In this document: positions 1 to 14,500 of the stretch, piece after piece | How positions within the stretch are numbered: position 1 is the first letter of the stretch | How the letters are laid out: every line of letters begins with the position of its first letter | NCBI GenBank assembly: GCA_903813345.2 | Contig: CAIIXF020000001.1 | Coordinates: forward strand, 248,001-312,000 | From: Owenia fusiformis | Taxonomy: Eukaryota | Direction of reading: 5' to 3' | DNA: 64,000 nt | The notes under the pieces: model-generated | Database searches by the model: none | What the model saw: the letters and a program-made list of their open reading frames with translations, nothing else | Told to the model about the DNA's origin: nothing | Program-made: the position numbers and the translations under genes

Positions 1-1383
1 CTACAAGTGAATAACATTATTTAAACATGTACCAAATGGATGTACATCGGGCTGTGTACAATGGGTCACTACAAATGAATAACATTGTTTAAACATGTAC
101 CAAATGGATGAACATCGGGCTGGGTACAATGAGTCACTACAAGTCAATAACATTATTTAAACATGTGCCAAATGGATGTACATCGGACTGTGTACAATGG
201 GTCACTACAAGTGAATAACATTATTTAAATATGTACCAAATGGATGAACATTGGGCTGGGTACAATGAGTCACTACAAGTCAATAACATTATTTAAACAT
301 GTGCAAAATGGATGTACATCGGGCTGTGTACAATGGGTCACTACAAATGAATAACATTGTTCAAACATGTACCAAATGGATGAACATCGGGCTGGGTACA
401 ATGAGTCACTACAAGTGAATAACATTATTTAAACATGTACCAAATGGATGTACATTGGTCTGTGTACAATGACTCACTACAAGTGAATAACATTATTTAA
501 ACATGTACCAAATGGATGTACATCGGGCTGTGTACAATGGGTCACAACAAGTGAATAACATTATTTAAACATGTACCAAATGGATGTACATCGGGCTGTG
601 TACAATGGGTCACAACAAGTGAATAACATTATTTAAACATGTACCAAATGGATGTACAGCGGGCTGTGTACAATGGGTCACTACAAGTGAATAACATTAT
701 TTAAACATGTACCAAATGGATGTACATCGGGCTGTGTACAATGGGTTACAACAAGTGAATAACATTATTTAAACATGTACCAAATGGATGTACATCAGGC
801 TGTGTACAATGGGTCACTACAAGTGAATAACATTATTTAAACATGTACCAAATGGATGAACATCGAGCTGGGTACAATGGGTTACAACAAGTGAATAACA
901 TTATTTAAACATGTACCAAATGGATGTACATCGGGCTGTGTACAATGGGTTACAACAAGTGAATAACATTGTTTAAACATGTGCCAAATGGATGTACATC
1001 GGGCTGTGTACAATGGGTCACTACAAGTCAATAACATTATTTAAACATGTGCCAAATGGATGTACATCGGGCTGTGTACAATGGGTCACTACAAGTCAAT
1101 AACATTGTTTAAACATGTACCAAATGGATGTACATCGGGCTGTGTACAATGGGTCACTACAAGTGAATAACATTATTTAAACATGTACCAAATGGATGTA
1201 CATCGGGCTGTGTACAATGGGTCACTACAAATGAATAACATCATTTAAACATGTACCAAATGGATGGAGATTGGGCTGTGTACAATGAGTCACTACAAGT
1301 CAATAACATCATTTAAACATGTACCAAATGGATGTACATCGGGCTGTGTACAATGGGTTACAACAAGTGAATAACATTATTTA
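1..1383. repeat. 68-bp minisatellite, ~20 copies, runs off the window start
   Basis: Unit ctacaagtgaataacattatttaaacatgtaccaaatggatgtacatcgggctgtgtacaatgggtca, starting at 1 and 69. Confidence 0.97.
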
Positions 1384-2010
1384 TCCCACGATTAATGTGT
1401 TATCTGTACAATAACAGCTATTGATATTTCTGATATTATTAAAATCCGTGTGATATTTTCCAGAAAATCGTTTATCAAACTCTTATGCGTGTGATATCGT
1501 TTATCTCACGCATATCCGTGTGATATCACATTTGCATTTCGCGCCACAATATTGTTGGAACTTAGGTCAGATAATTTATTCTCTTTTGGGAAAATAGGTC
1601 CGTTAATTTATTCTCTTTAAGTTTCATTGATGTATTGAATTACGATTGTGTATATAATTTGATTAGAAGGCTGCTAACTAACGATTAAAAATGGTATTTA
1701 TGACGAACTATATCATGTTATTTACTTTTAATTGTTAAAATAAAGTGTTTCAAATATTCAATTGATATTCTAATTTCTAGTTTATATTGTCTGCCAATGT
1801 CCTGGAAATTGGATCAGAACATCACAAGGTGATTGTAATCATGTGATAAACCCAATATGACATAATTTCTCGTGATATCATTTTATCGCCTCGTAGATAT
1901 CAAATATCAACACTCATTCGCTTCGCTCACTCGTGTTGATATTTGCTATCAACTCGGCGATAAAAATGATATCACTCAAAATGATGTGATATTCTGTATT
2001 TATTCCATAA
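1381..2010. mobile_element. Non-autonomous hairpin-containing interspersed element, family uncertain
   Basis: Starts ttatcccac where the minisatellite ends. Long imperfect hairpin at ~1873-1972 (tgatatcattttatcgcc...caacac / gtgttg...ggcgataaaaatgatatca) with a cgcttcgc apex. Organisation resembles 61841-62585 in reverse orientation. Confidence 0.5.
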
Positions 2011-2421
2011 TAACATGTTTCCCCGGGAAAATAACAGGGAATAAAATTGATATTCAAAAAATTTACATATCAGCCAAAATCCCGTAAATCCAGTAATTTC
2101 TCTAGTGTTATTAATCATTTATATTTTTAATTAAAACTTGTTAATAAAAGTAGAAAATGTTATATGATAAATTGTATCATTTTATGTCACAATCATTGGG
2201 TGATGACATATAAAAATTAAAAGTAAGTTTTAGAAAATCATTATTGAATAAATAGGTTATTGATGGTCGTGATGGAATATGAATTTTTTCCTTGAGGCCG
2301 ATATTGGCCTCAGAAAATATCATATTGACACTCGGGCTATCGCCCTCAATCAATTTGACATCTATTTTTGTTAATTACAAAATATACAAAGAAATCATGC
2401 ATTTTTGTGAATTCAGCTTAC

Positions 2422-2595
2422 TTGAACAAGTTGGTGGTATGCCACTCCATCCACCTTCCACGCAGGTTCTTAAGCTCTGTCCATTGAGCGAGTAACCCTC
2501 CATGCAACTGTAAAATGCCAGGTTACCAAAGCTGTTGCCATCGACCTTCACCATTCCATTCTTAGGGTTTGGTAGGGTCATGTTGCATGAAATTG
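2422..2595 (-). CDS. Exon: Sushi domain S4'
   Basis: PISCNMTLPNPKNGMVKVDGNSFGNLAFYSCMEGYSLNGQSLRTCVEGGWSGIPPTCS; acag acceptor, gtaagc donor. Confidence 0.92.
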
Positions 2596-5500
2596 CTGTA
2601 ATAAAAGGCAAATACTATGTCAAATACAGAAAAATGGGGATATTAGGTTTTTTGACTGTCAGGCTTGCAATTATATGATTGGTCAAAATCTGGTGACTTG
2701 TCATGGAAGATCTAAAAAATGTTCACTGGTCATGCTCACTCAGTAAATTATATAGTTATACAAATTATCATAGTTAGCATTACATATTATACCGGTTTGA
2801 ACATAAACATAGTTCAGAGCTATTAGAATTCCGTTTTTCTGCACCGCAACAGAAAAAAGTAGAATTTTTAGTTTTAGTTTTGCAAAAGTTTGCAGAATAT
2901 AGAATTTCTGTTGATTTTTGCGCAATTCATGCTTTGAAAACATAAATTGAACTGAAAGCTTACCTAGCCTTGTTGTAGGTGCTTGTAGATCATTTGAATC
3001 AATTTTAGCTCACTTTTGTAGCGATTTAAACAGAAAACGTTTTATTTTTTGAGGCTGCTTTGTAAGGAACACCAAAATATAAGAAGACTAGGAACACGTT
3101 TTCTATTGCTCCTAGCCAATATATCATCTTTATATTGTTACTAAATATAATTGTGTCCAAATACATGTACACATTAGAAATATATGGCGGTTTTATTTTG
3201 ATTTTCACACTATTTTGGCAAAAATTCCATGAAAAAATCCATGTTAAAATGCAGAATTTTTGCAGAATTTCACATTTTAGCTTGCAGAAATTTGATTTTT
3301 TCTTGCAGAATTTGCATTTTGTAGCACAGAATTCTAGTAGCTCTGATAGTTAGAAAGTACATAATATCATATAAAATTAAATGACATTACACCATATCTA
3401 ATGCATCAAAAATATATCAGTGATAAGTACAGGCATGGGTTCAGGGCTCAGGAGGGCTATCATTTCAATACTTTCAGAGATAATACTTCTCAAGTTAAAT
3501 TTTTTTTTAATCTTTAAAAAGGTTTTTGCCAACTGACTAATGTCATAATGATGTCACCTAGGGTGCAAAATATTTTTAATATGCTACAACATCGAAGTGG
3601 CACATCAAATATGACATGTTATTATTGAAAAGTGTGTTCTTTGTTCAATCTTTGCATTAATTGGTGTTAAAACATATTTTCAATCCTTACATTGGGCTTT
3701 TAACAATAACAATTTTGATCACATATGGTTTTCTAACTCATATTTATCAGCAATATTTCAAATGCAGACCTTAATATTATATCTCAAGATGAGCTTATAA
3801 AAACAGCAGCTGCTAAATTTTGTGTTAACTGCTGGTGTATGAAAAATAATATTAATCCGGCCCACAGCAATGAGAGCAGTAGGCTGTGAGAGGTTCCCCA
3901 CCTTTGAGTAATTATGTCTTAATATACAGGGTGTTCAAAAAAAAACGCAACCCAAAGAAATCGCTGTATCTTGAAAAATAGTGGTTCAATTATGTTCATA
4001 TTTTCAGGAAATAAAGGAGAGACTGTGTATGTATAGCTCCTGTAAATGGTTAGTTGTAAAATATGATGCCTTGGACACCTGCTCAAAAGACAGTTGTACT
4101 AGGAAAATACGAAAAACGCAGTCAGGGGTGACTGCAACCTCAAATAAAAAATTGAATAACTTTTTAACCATAGTGTTTTTGCTCTTCAAATTTGTCACAA
4201 ATCATCTTCATTCACTGTATGGTAAATCTGTAGAGTGAAATCAAAATCACTTCAGGGACTTTACAGTCATGGTTGAAATGATTTCAAATCGCACTCAAAC
4301 ACCCTGGTTCAGGGAGACTTAAGAAGGCATTTTGACCATGACTGTAAAGTCCCTAGAGTGATTTTGATGAAACTCCACAAATTCACCACACATTGAATGA
4401 GGATAATTTGTGCCAAATCTGAAGTGCCAAAACCATGGTTAGAAAGTTATTTGGTTTTATTGTTGTGGCTGTCACCTCTAACTGCGTTTTCATGTTTTCC
4501 TAGAACAACTGTCATTGGAGCAGGTGTTCAAGGCATCATGTTTTACAACTTACTGACAACAGGAGCTATACATACACAGTCTCTTCTTTCTTTTCCTGAA
4601 AAAATGAACATAATTGAATTAGTATTTTCCAAGATATAGTGATTTTCCATTCGCGTTTTTCGTATTTTGCTAGTACAACTGTCTTTTGAGCAAGGGTCCA
4701 AGACATCATGTTTTACAACTAACTAACAACAGGGGCTACACAGTCTCTTCTTTCTTTCCTGAAAATATGAACATAATTGGATGAGTATTTTCCAAGATAT
4801 AGCGATTTCCTTGGGTTGCGTTTTTTTTAACACCCTGTACACAAAAAAAGAATCCTTTCTATATATACTGTTTGCTTATATGGATATAAATTAGAAGCAA
4901 AATCCAACAATATAAAGCTTAAAATATGACCAAATTGATCTGTATGGCTATAAATTATGGACTGAACCATATGCCTGTAAAATATGAATATGACTAAAAT
5001 TGACTATTTGAGTTAAAAGTAAAATCCAGAATGACAAACAGAGGCTCTGTCTATATCTCAAACTTTGTTTAATGAGATGATGAGACAAGTGCATATAAAG
5101 CCTGCTTATAAAGTATGCATGTAAGCAGATGCATTTGGTTGGGAATGATGAATTTGAAAATGCTGCTCCTCACTGTTATGATGCTTTGTGGCATACTTGC
5201 TATTACAAAGACTCAGGAACTAAGTGGAGATGTCAATGTGATGAAAGGTATGCAAATATGATTAGCCTTTAGCAGATTAATTGATGTAGATGCAGCTCAG
5301 CTAGAAGTGATGTGAAAAGTTGTTCAATATTTAAAATTTTGTGAAGCTGACTGACCTGCTGGATGAAACAACTGAATTATTGTGAAATAACTTTTTAATT
5401 GTATATGCTTGTAAGGAGAGGTAAGTATGTAAGTAAAACGTATTGACCTGAAATTAGATGTGAACTGGTGAAGTATATTCAAAAGCGACATGAACAAGGA

Positions 5501-8500
5501 ATTAATATGACAAATCGCATTATCTAGTTGCTCACAATATTCAATTCTGACGTCTTATTTGAGCTTCTGAGAACTTGTAGATGATTTTGAAAAAAACTGG
5601 TCAATTTGAAGAAAGTTAAAAAAATACCTTTTTGACTTTTTTGACTTTGAAAAGGTCATTAACGAATCTTAAGTTAGATTTGAAAGGATATTAACTGTAT
5701 TGATGAATGGATGAAATGTAATAAGATGAATTTAAACTATAGTAAAACAAGATTAATGAAAATAGGAAATACCTCAAAGTATGGAATTGATAAAGATGCC
5801 ATATAACATTATCAAATAATGTAATTGAAAATGTTGAAACTTGTAAATATTTAGGTGTTATTGTGGATGACAAATTAGCATTCAAAGTACTTATTGACAA
5901 GCCCATGATATTGAAAAGCTTTCTTGTAAGATAGGTATTTTTAGAAGGCTTAAACCATTTGTTTCAAAGGAAGCACTCATCACAATTTATAATACAATCA
6001 TATTACCAGAATTTAATTACTGCTCTGGGGAGAATGTTATAATAAAATCTATCTGACTAGACTAGAGAAACTTCAAAAGATGGCAGCACAAATTAAACTG
6101 GGAGCTAATTTTGATGTTTCAAGTGGCACTTTACTTGAGTCCCTAAATTGGACTCCAATTCAGGAAATGATTAGATACAGGAAATCAATTTTAATGTACC
6201 AGACCATTTCAGGCATCTCTCCCCCATATATTTAGAACTGTTTCAAAGAGACAAAGTCTGTCCATAATTATGCTACTAGAGCAGTTGTGGAAAATTCACT
6301 TTATGTACCAAAACCTAAACTTGAAATATTTAAGAAAAGCATATCATATAGCGGTTCACATCTTTGGAACAAGCTTGATAAGACTGTCAAAGAGTCTGAT
6401 TCTGTAAACTCAAAGCATATAAACAATTGTATCAGATCAGAAAATGAAAATTATGTAAATGCATTATTTAAAGACATTGTTCCTTATATTCATGTAATTC
6501 TATAATACAGTAAGTTGTTCTCTATGTTTCATGTAAATGCATACTTTGAAGATGCATATATATGAAATTGTTCCATATGTCCTATATATCTATTTGTATG
6601 TTTCTATATTTATTGTACATATTGTAAATAATTGTAAATTATTACTGGGCCTCTAGGAAGACCAGTTTTGTACTGATAGAGCTACCCAGAATAAATATAG
6701 TTTTCAAATCAAATCAAATCAAATCAACTTCTGAAAACTTGTACAGTAGATGATTTTGAAAAAAACTGAAATCAGTATTTGTTAATTTCTTGGAAGTTAT
6801 TGATAGAGGTCCAATAAATAAATGAGCCATGTTAACATGAAAAGGGAGAAGAAGGTCATGAACGCAAATATGCAGGTTGGCCCGAAAATTAACATTTTAC
6901 AATGTGTTAAGTATATTATGGCTACATTATGCATCATGCTTGCTAAATGAACAACTGATGCTATGATAAAAAGATGCTTTGAGAAAAGGCATTAACGTGA
7001 CAAAATAGCACCACCTAGTTGATCACAATATTATGAGTTCAATCTTAAGTCAGATTTTAACTTCTGAGAACTTGTTGATTTCCAAAAAGTAGTCAATTTG
7101 AGGCAAGTTGAAAAATACCTTGAGAAGGGCATTGTAGATGATTTTGAAAAAAACTTGTAAAGTCAGATTTGAACAACTGAGAAATTGTAGATGGTTTTGA
7201 AAAATAATTGGTCAATGAGAAGCAAGTTGAAAAATACCTTTTTGACCTTGAGAATATCACTGAAGGTCAAATGCCAAATCTAAAGTCATTCAAGAGTTGA
7301 CCAATATGTTAATTTTGGATATTGTAGGACCTAATTAACTTGTTTTGACATGATTAAAATGCAAAACTATTATCATAAATTTTTGAAAAAATAATAAAAT
7401 GTTGTAAAACATTTATTTTGAATTGAACGTTTGATTACATTACATTTACCAAAATAAAGTTAAACAAGTATTTATTGATCACAGCCTAAACTAGGATTTG
7501 GAAATAGCCTGGGAAACAAATTGAATTTGATAATATTGAACAGGTAGTCAATATGTTTACTTTTTGTTTTCTATTAAAATGGATATTGATATTTTATAGA
7601 TGAACCAATCAAGAATGATATTTCTGATGAAAATCTTGAAGAGACAGTGTCAAGAAATAAAAGAAAGGAAAGGATTGGTTGCCCCCCAAGCTATTGGTGC
7701 CTGTTAAGATATATGAACATGTGATGCGTTGATCTAATCATACAAAATAATGTACACTGAAAGACAACCTTACGAGATACAGAGCCGTTTGCTATATGTC
7801 ACATTGTGTACACTTGATATTACATAATAAATATCAAATATATATTTATTCTACTTCCAACTATGAAATTCTTATGTGTTAAACAGGTATCAGGAACGTT
7901 GACTTGGGGATTCAACTTTGCAGTTTCCTGGTGAATTGACAGTGTAACATATCATAACCATCATTTCAAAATATTTAATGCACTAGTGTCTTCTGTGCCT
8001 GCCTCTTAATTCAAGCTCCCATCCTCATCAAAGTATCATACAAGACCACCCTGATATGTCATAATTCAAGCTCCCATCCTTATCAAAGTCTCATACAAGA
8101 CCACCCTGATATGTCATAATTCAAGCTCCCATCCTCATCAAAGTCTCATACAAGACCACCCTGATATGTCATAATTCAAGCTCCCATCCTTATCAAAGTC
8201 TCACACAAGACCACCCTGATATGTCATAATTCAAGCTCCCATCCTCATCAAAGTCTACCACCCTGATATGTCATAATTCAAGCTCCCATCCTTATCAAAG
8301 TCTCATACAAGACCACCCCGATATGTCATAATTCAAGCTCCCATCCTCATCAAAGTCTCACACAAGACCACCCTGATATGTCATAATTCAAGCTCCCATC
8401 CTTATCAAAGTCTCACACAAGACCACCCTGATATGTCATAATTCAGCTCCAATCCTCATCAGTCTCACACAAGACCATCCTGATATGTCATAATTCAAGC

Positions 8501-11500
8501 TCCCATCCTTATCAAAGTCTCATACAAGACCACCCTGATATGTCATAATTCAGCTCCAATCCTCATCAAAGTCTCATACAAGACCACCCTGATATGTCAT
8601 AATTCAAGCTCCCATCCTTATCAAAGTCTCATACAAGACCACCCTGATATGTCATAATTCAAGCTCCCATCCTTATCAAAGTCTCATACAAGACCACCCT
8701 GATATGTCATAATTCAGCTCCAATCCTCATCAAAGTCTCATACAAGACCACCCTGATATGTCATAATTCAAGCTCCCATCCTTATCAAAGTCTCATACAA
8801 GACCACCCTGATATGTCATAATTCAGCTCCAATCCTCATCAAAGTCTCATACAAGACCACCCTGATATGTCATAATTCAAGCTCCCATCCTTATCAAAGT
8901 CTCATACAAGACCACCCTGATATGTCATAATTCAAGCTCCCATCCTTATCAAAGTCTCATACAAGACCACCCTGATATGTCATAATTCAAGCTCCCATCC
9001 TTATCAAAGTCTCATACAAGACCACCCTGATATGTCATAATTCAAGCTCCCATCCTCATCAAAGTCTCACACAAGACCACCCTGATATGTCATAATTCAA
9101 GCTCCAATCCTCATCAAAGTCTCACACAAGACCACCCTGATATGTCATAATTCAAGCTCCCATCCTTATCAAAGTCTCATACAAGACCACCCTGATATGT
9201 CATAATTCAAGCTCCCATCCTTATCAAAGTCTCATACAAGACCACCCTGATATGTCATAATTCAAGCTCCCATCCTTATCAAAGTCTCATACAAGACCAC
9301 CCTGATATGTCATAATTCAAGCTCCCATCCTTATCAAAGTCTCACACAAGACCACCCTGATATGTCATAATTCAAGCTCCCATCCTTATCAAAGTCTCAT
9401 ACAAGACCACCCTGATATGTCATAATTCAAGCTCCCATCCTTATCAAAGTCTCATACAAGACCACCCTGATATGTCATAATTCAAGCTCCCATCCTTATC
9501 AAAGTCTCATACAAGACCACCCTGATATGTCATAATTCAGCTCCAATCCTCATCAAAGTCTCATACAAGACCACCCTGATATGTCATAATTCAAGCTCCC
9601 ATCCTTATCAAAGTCTCATACAAGACCACCCTGATATGTCATAATTCAAGCTCCCATCCTTATCAAAGTCTCATACAAGACCACCCTGATATGTCATAAT
9701 TCAAGCTCCCATCCTTATCAAAGTCTCATACAAGACCACCCTGATATGTCATAATTCAGCTCCAATCCTCATCAAAGTCTCATACAAGACCACCCTGATA
9801 TGTCATAATTCAAGCTCCCATCCTTATCAAAGTCTCATACAAGACCACCCTGATATGTCATAATTCAAGCTCCCATCCTTATCAAAGTCTCATACAAGAC
9901 CACCCTGATATGTCATAATTCAAGCTCCCATCCTCATCAAAGTCTCACACAAGACCACCCTGATATGTCATAATTCAAGCTCCAATCCTCATCAAAGTCT
10001 CACACAAGACCACCCTGATATGTCATAATTCAAGCTCCCATTCTCATCAAAGTCTCACACAAGACCACCCTGATATGTCATAATTCAAGCTCCCATCCTT
10101 ATCAAAGTCTCACACAAGACCACCCTGATATGTCATAATTCAAGCTCCAATCCTCATCAAAGTCTCATACAAGACCACCCTGATATGTCATAATTCAGCT
10201 CCAATCCTCATCATAGTCTCATACAAGACCACCCTGATAAGTCATAATTCAAGCTCCCATCCTCATCAAAGTCTCACACAAGACCACCCCAATATGTCAT
10301 AATTCAAACTCCCATCCTCATCAAAGTCTCACACAAGACAACCCTGATATGTCATAATTCAAGCTCCAATCCTCATCAAAGTCTCACACAAGACCACCCT
10401 GATATGTCATAATTCAAGCTCCCATTCTCATCAAAGTCTCACACAAGACCACCCTGATATGTCATAATTCAAGCTCCCATCCTTATCAAGGTCTCACACA
10501 AGACCACCCTGATATGTCATAATTCAAGCTCCCATCCTTATCAAAGTCTCACACAAGACCACCCTGATATGTCATAATTCAAGCTCCAATCCTCATCAAA
10601 GTCTCACACAAGACCACCCTGATATGTCATAATTCAAGCTCCCATCCTCATCAAAGTCTCACACAAGACCACCCTGATATGTCAAAATTCAAGCTCCCAT
10701 CCTCATCAAAGTCTCACACAAGACCAATCTGATATGACATAATTCAAGCTCCCATCCTCATCAAAGTCTCATACAAGACCACCCTGATATGTCATAATTC
10801 AAGCTCCAATCCTCATCAAAGTCTCACACAAGACCACCCTGATATGTCATAATTCAAGCTCCCATCCTCATCAAAGTCTCACACAAGACCACCCTGATAT
10901 GTCATAATTCAAGCTCCCATCCTTATCAAAGTCTCATACAAGACCACCCTGATATGTCATAATTCAAGCTCCCATCCTCATCAAAGTCTCACACAAGACC
11001 ACCCTGATATGTCATAATTCAAGCTCCCATCCTTATCAAAGTCTCATACAAGACCACCCTGATATGTCATAATTCAAGCTCCCATCCTTATCAAAGTCTC
11101 ATACAAGACCACCCTGATATGTCATAATTCAAGCTCCCATCCTCATCAAAGTCTCACACAAGACCACCCTGATATGTCATAATTCAAGCTCCAATCCTCA
11201 TCAAAGTCTCACACAAGACCACCCTGATATGTCATAATTCAAGCTCCCATCCTTATCAAAGTCTCACACAAGACCACCCTAATATGTCATAATTCAAGCT
11301 CCCATCCTCATCAAAGTCTCACACAAGACCACCCTGATATGTCATAATTCAAGCTCCCATCCTTATCAAGGTCTCACACAAGACCAATCTGATATGTCAT
11401 AATTCAAGCTCCCATCCTTATCAAAGTCTCACACAAGACCACCCTGATATGTCATAATTCAAGCTCCAATCCTCATCAAAGTCTCACACAAGACCACCCT

Positions 11501-14500
11501 GATATGTCATAATTCAAGCTCCCATCCTTATCAAAGTCTCACACAAGACCACCCTGATATGTCATAATTCAAGCTCCCATCCTCATCAAAGTCTCACACA
11601 AGACCACCCTGATATGTCATAATTCAAGCTCCCATCCTTATCAAAGTCTCACACAAGACCACCCTGATCAAGGTCTCACACAAGACCACCCTGATATGTC
11701 ATAATTCAAGCTCCAATCCTCATCAAAGTCTCACACAAGACCACCCTGATATGTCATAATTCAAGCTCCCATCCTTATCAAAGTCTCACACAAGACCACC
11801 CTGATATGTCATAATTCAAGCTCCCATCCTTATCAAAGTCTCACACAAGACCACCCTGATATGTCATAATTCAAGCTCCCATCCTCATCAAAGTCTCACA
11901 CAAGACCACCCTGATATGTCATAATTCAAGCTCCCATCCTTATCAAAGTCTCACACAAGACCACCCTGATATGTCATAATTCAAGCTCCAATCCTCATCA
12001 AAGTCTCACACAAGACCACCCTGATATGTCATAATTCAAGCTCCCATCCTTATCAAAGTCTCACACAAGACCACCCTGATATGTCATAATTCAAGCTCCC
12101 ATCCTTATCAAAGTCTCACACAAGACCACCCTGATATGTCATAATTCAAGCTCCCATCCTTATCAAAGTCTCATACAAGACCACCCTGATATGTCATAAT
12201 TCAAGCTCCCATCCTTATCAAAGTCTCACACAAGACCACCCTGATATGTCATAATTCAAGCTCCCATCCTTATCAAAGTATCATACAAGACCACCCTGAT
12301 ATGTCATAATTCAAGCTCCCATCCTTATCAAAGTCTCATACAAGACCACCCTGATATGTCATAATTCAAGCTCCCATCCTCATCAAAGTCTCACACAAGA
12401 CCACCCTGATATGTCATAATTCAAGCTCCAATCCTCATCAAAGTCTCACACAAGACCACCCTGATATGTCATAATTCAAGCTCCCATCCTTATCAAAGTC
12501 TCATACAAGACCACCCTGATATGTCATAATTCAAGCTCCCATCCTTATCAAAGTCTCATACAAGACCACCCTGATATGTCATAATTCAAGCTCCCATCCT
12601 TATCAAAGTCTCATACAAGACCACCCTGATATGTCATAATTCAAGCTCCCATCCTTATCAAAGTCTCACACAAGACCACCCTGATATGTCATAATTCAAG
12701 CTCCCATCCTTATCAAAGTCTCATACAAGACCACCCTGATATGTCATAATTCAAGCTCCCATCCTTATCAAAGTCTCATACAAGACCACCCTGATATGTT
12801 ATAATTCAAGCTCCCATCCTTATCAAAGTCTCATACAAGACCACCCTGATATGTCATAATTCAGCTCCAATCCTCATCAAAGTCTCATACAAGACCACCC
12901 TGATATGTCATAATTCAAGCTCCCATCCTTATCAAAGTCTCATACAAGACCACCCTGATATGTCATAATTCAAGCTCCCATCCTTATCAAAGTCTCATAC
13001 AAGACCACCCTGATATGTCATAATTCAAGCTCCCATCCTCATCAAAGTCTCACACAAGACCACCCTGATATGTCATAATTCAAGCTCCAATCCTCATCAA
13101 AGTCTCACACAAGACCACCCTGATATGTCATAATTCAAGCTCCCATTCTCATCAAAGTCTCACACAAGACCACCCTGATATGTCATAATTCAAGCTCCCA
13201 TCCTTATCAAAGTCTCACACAAGACCACCCTGATATGTCATAATTCAAGCTCCAATCCTCATCAAAGTCTCATACAAGACCACCCTGATATGTCATAATT
13301 CAGCTCCAATCCTCATCATAGTCTCATACAAGACCACCCTGATAAGTCATAATTCAAGCTCCCATCCTCATCAAAGTCTCACACAAGACCACCCCAATAT
13401 GTCATAATTCAAACTCCCATCCTCATCAAAGTCTCACACAAGACAACCCTGATATGTCATAATTCAAGCTCCAATCCTCATCAAAGTCTCACACAAGACC
13501 ACCCTGATATGTCATAATTCAAGCTCCCATTCTCATCAAAGTCTCACACAAGACCACCCTGATATGTCATAATTCAAGCTCCCATCCTTATCAAGGTCTC
13601 ACACAAGACCACCCTGATATGTCATAATTCAAGCTCCCATCCTTATCAAAGTCTCACACAAGACCACCCTGATATGTCATAATTCAAGCTCCAATCCTCA
13701 TCAAAGTCTCACACAAGACCACCCTGATATGTCATAATTCAAGCTCCCATCCTCATCAAAGTCTCACACAAGACCACCCTGATATGTCAAAATTCAAGCT
13801 CCCATCCTCATCAAAGTCTCACACAAGACCAATCTGATATGTCATAATTCAAGCTCCCATCCTCATCAAAGTCTCATACAAGACCACCCTGATATGTCAT
13901 AATTCAAGCTCCAATCCTCATCAAAGTCTCACACAAGACCACCCTGATATGTCATAATTCAAGCTCCCATCCTCATCAAAGTCTCACACAAGACCACCCT
14001 GATATGTCATAATTCAAGCTCCCATCCTTATCAAAGTCTCATACAAGACCACCCTGATATGTCATAATTCAAGCTCCCATCCTCATCAAAGTCTCACACA
14101 AGACCACCCTGATATGTCATAATTCAAGCTCCCATCCTTATCAAAGTCTCATACAAGACCACCCTGATATGTCATAATTCAAGCTCCCATCCTTATCAAA
14201 GTCTCATACAAGACCACCCTGATATGTCATAATTCAAGCTCCCATCCTCATCAAAGTCTCACACAAGACCACCCTGATATGTCATAATTCAAGCTCCAAT
14301 CCTCATCAAAGTCTCACACAAGACCACCCTGATATGTCATAATTCAAGCTCCCATCCTTATCAAAGTCTCACACAAGACCACCCTAATATGTCATAATTC
14401 AAGCTCCCATCCTTATCAAAGTCTCACACAAGACCACCCTGATATGTCATAATTCAAGCTCCCATCCTTATCAAAGTCTCATACAAGACCACCCTGATAT

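Noticed and set aside
5248-5315. Alternative second exon for the peptide gene at 5290 (DAAQLEVM*)
   Set aside because: Would need a ~42-nt intron with a poor pyrimidine tract and gives no recognisable product; 7600 has the better acceptor and a coherent precursor. Not fully excluded.
6800-6880. Purine-rich stretch as a middle exon of the peptide gene
   Set aside because: The nearby AG gives an immediate stop in the required phase, and I found no convincing acceptor.
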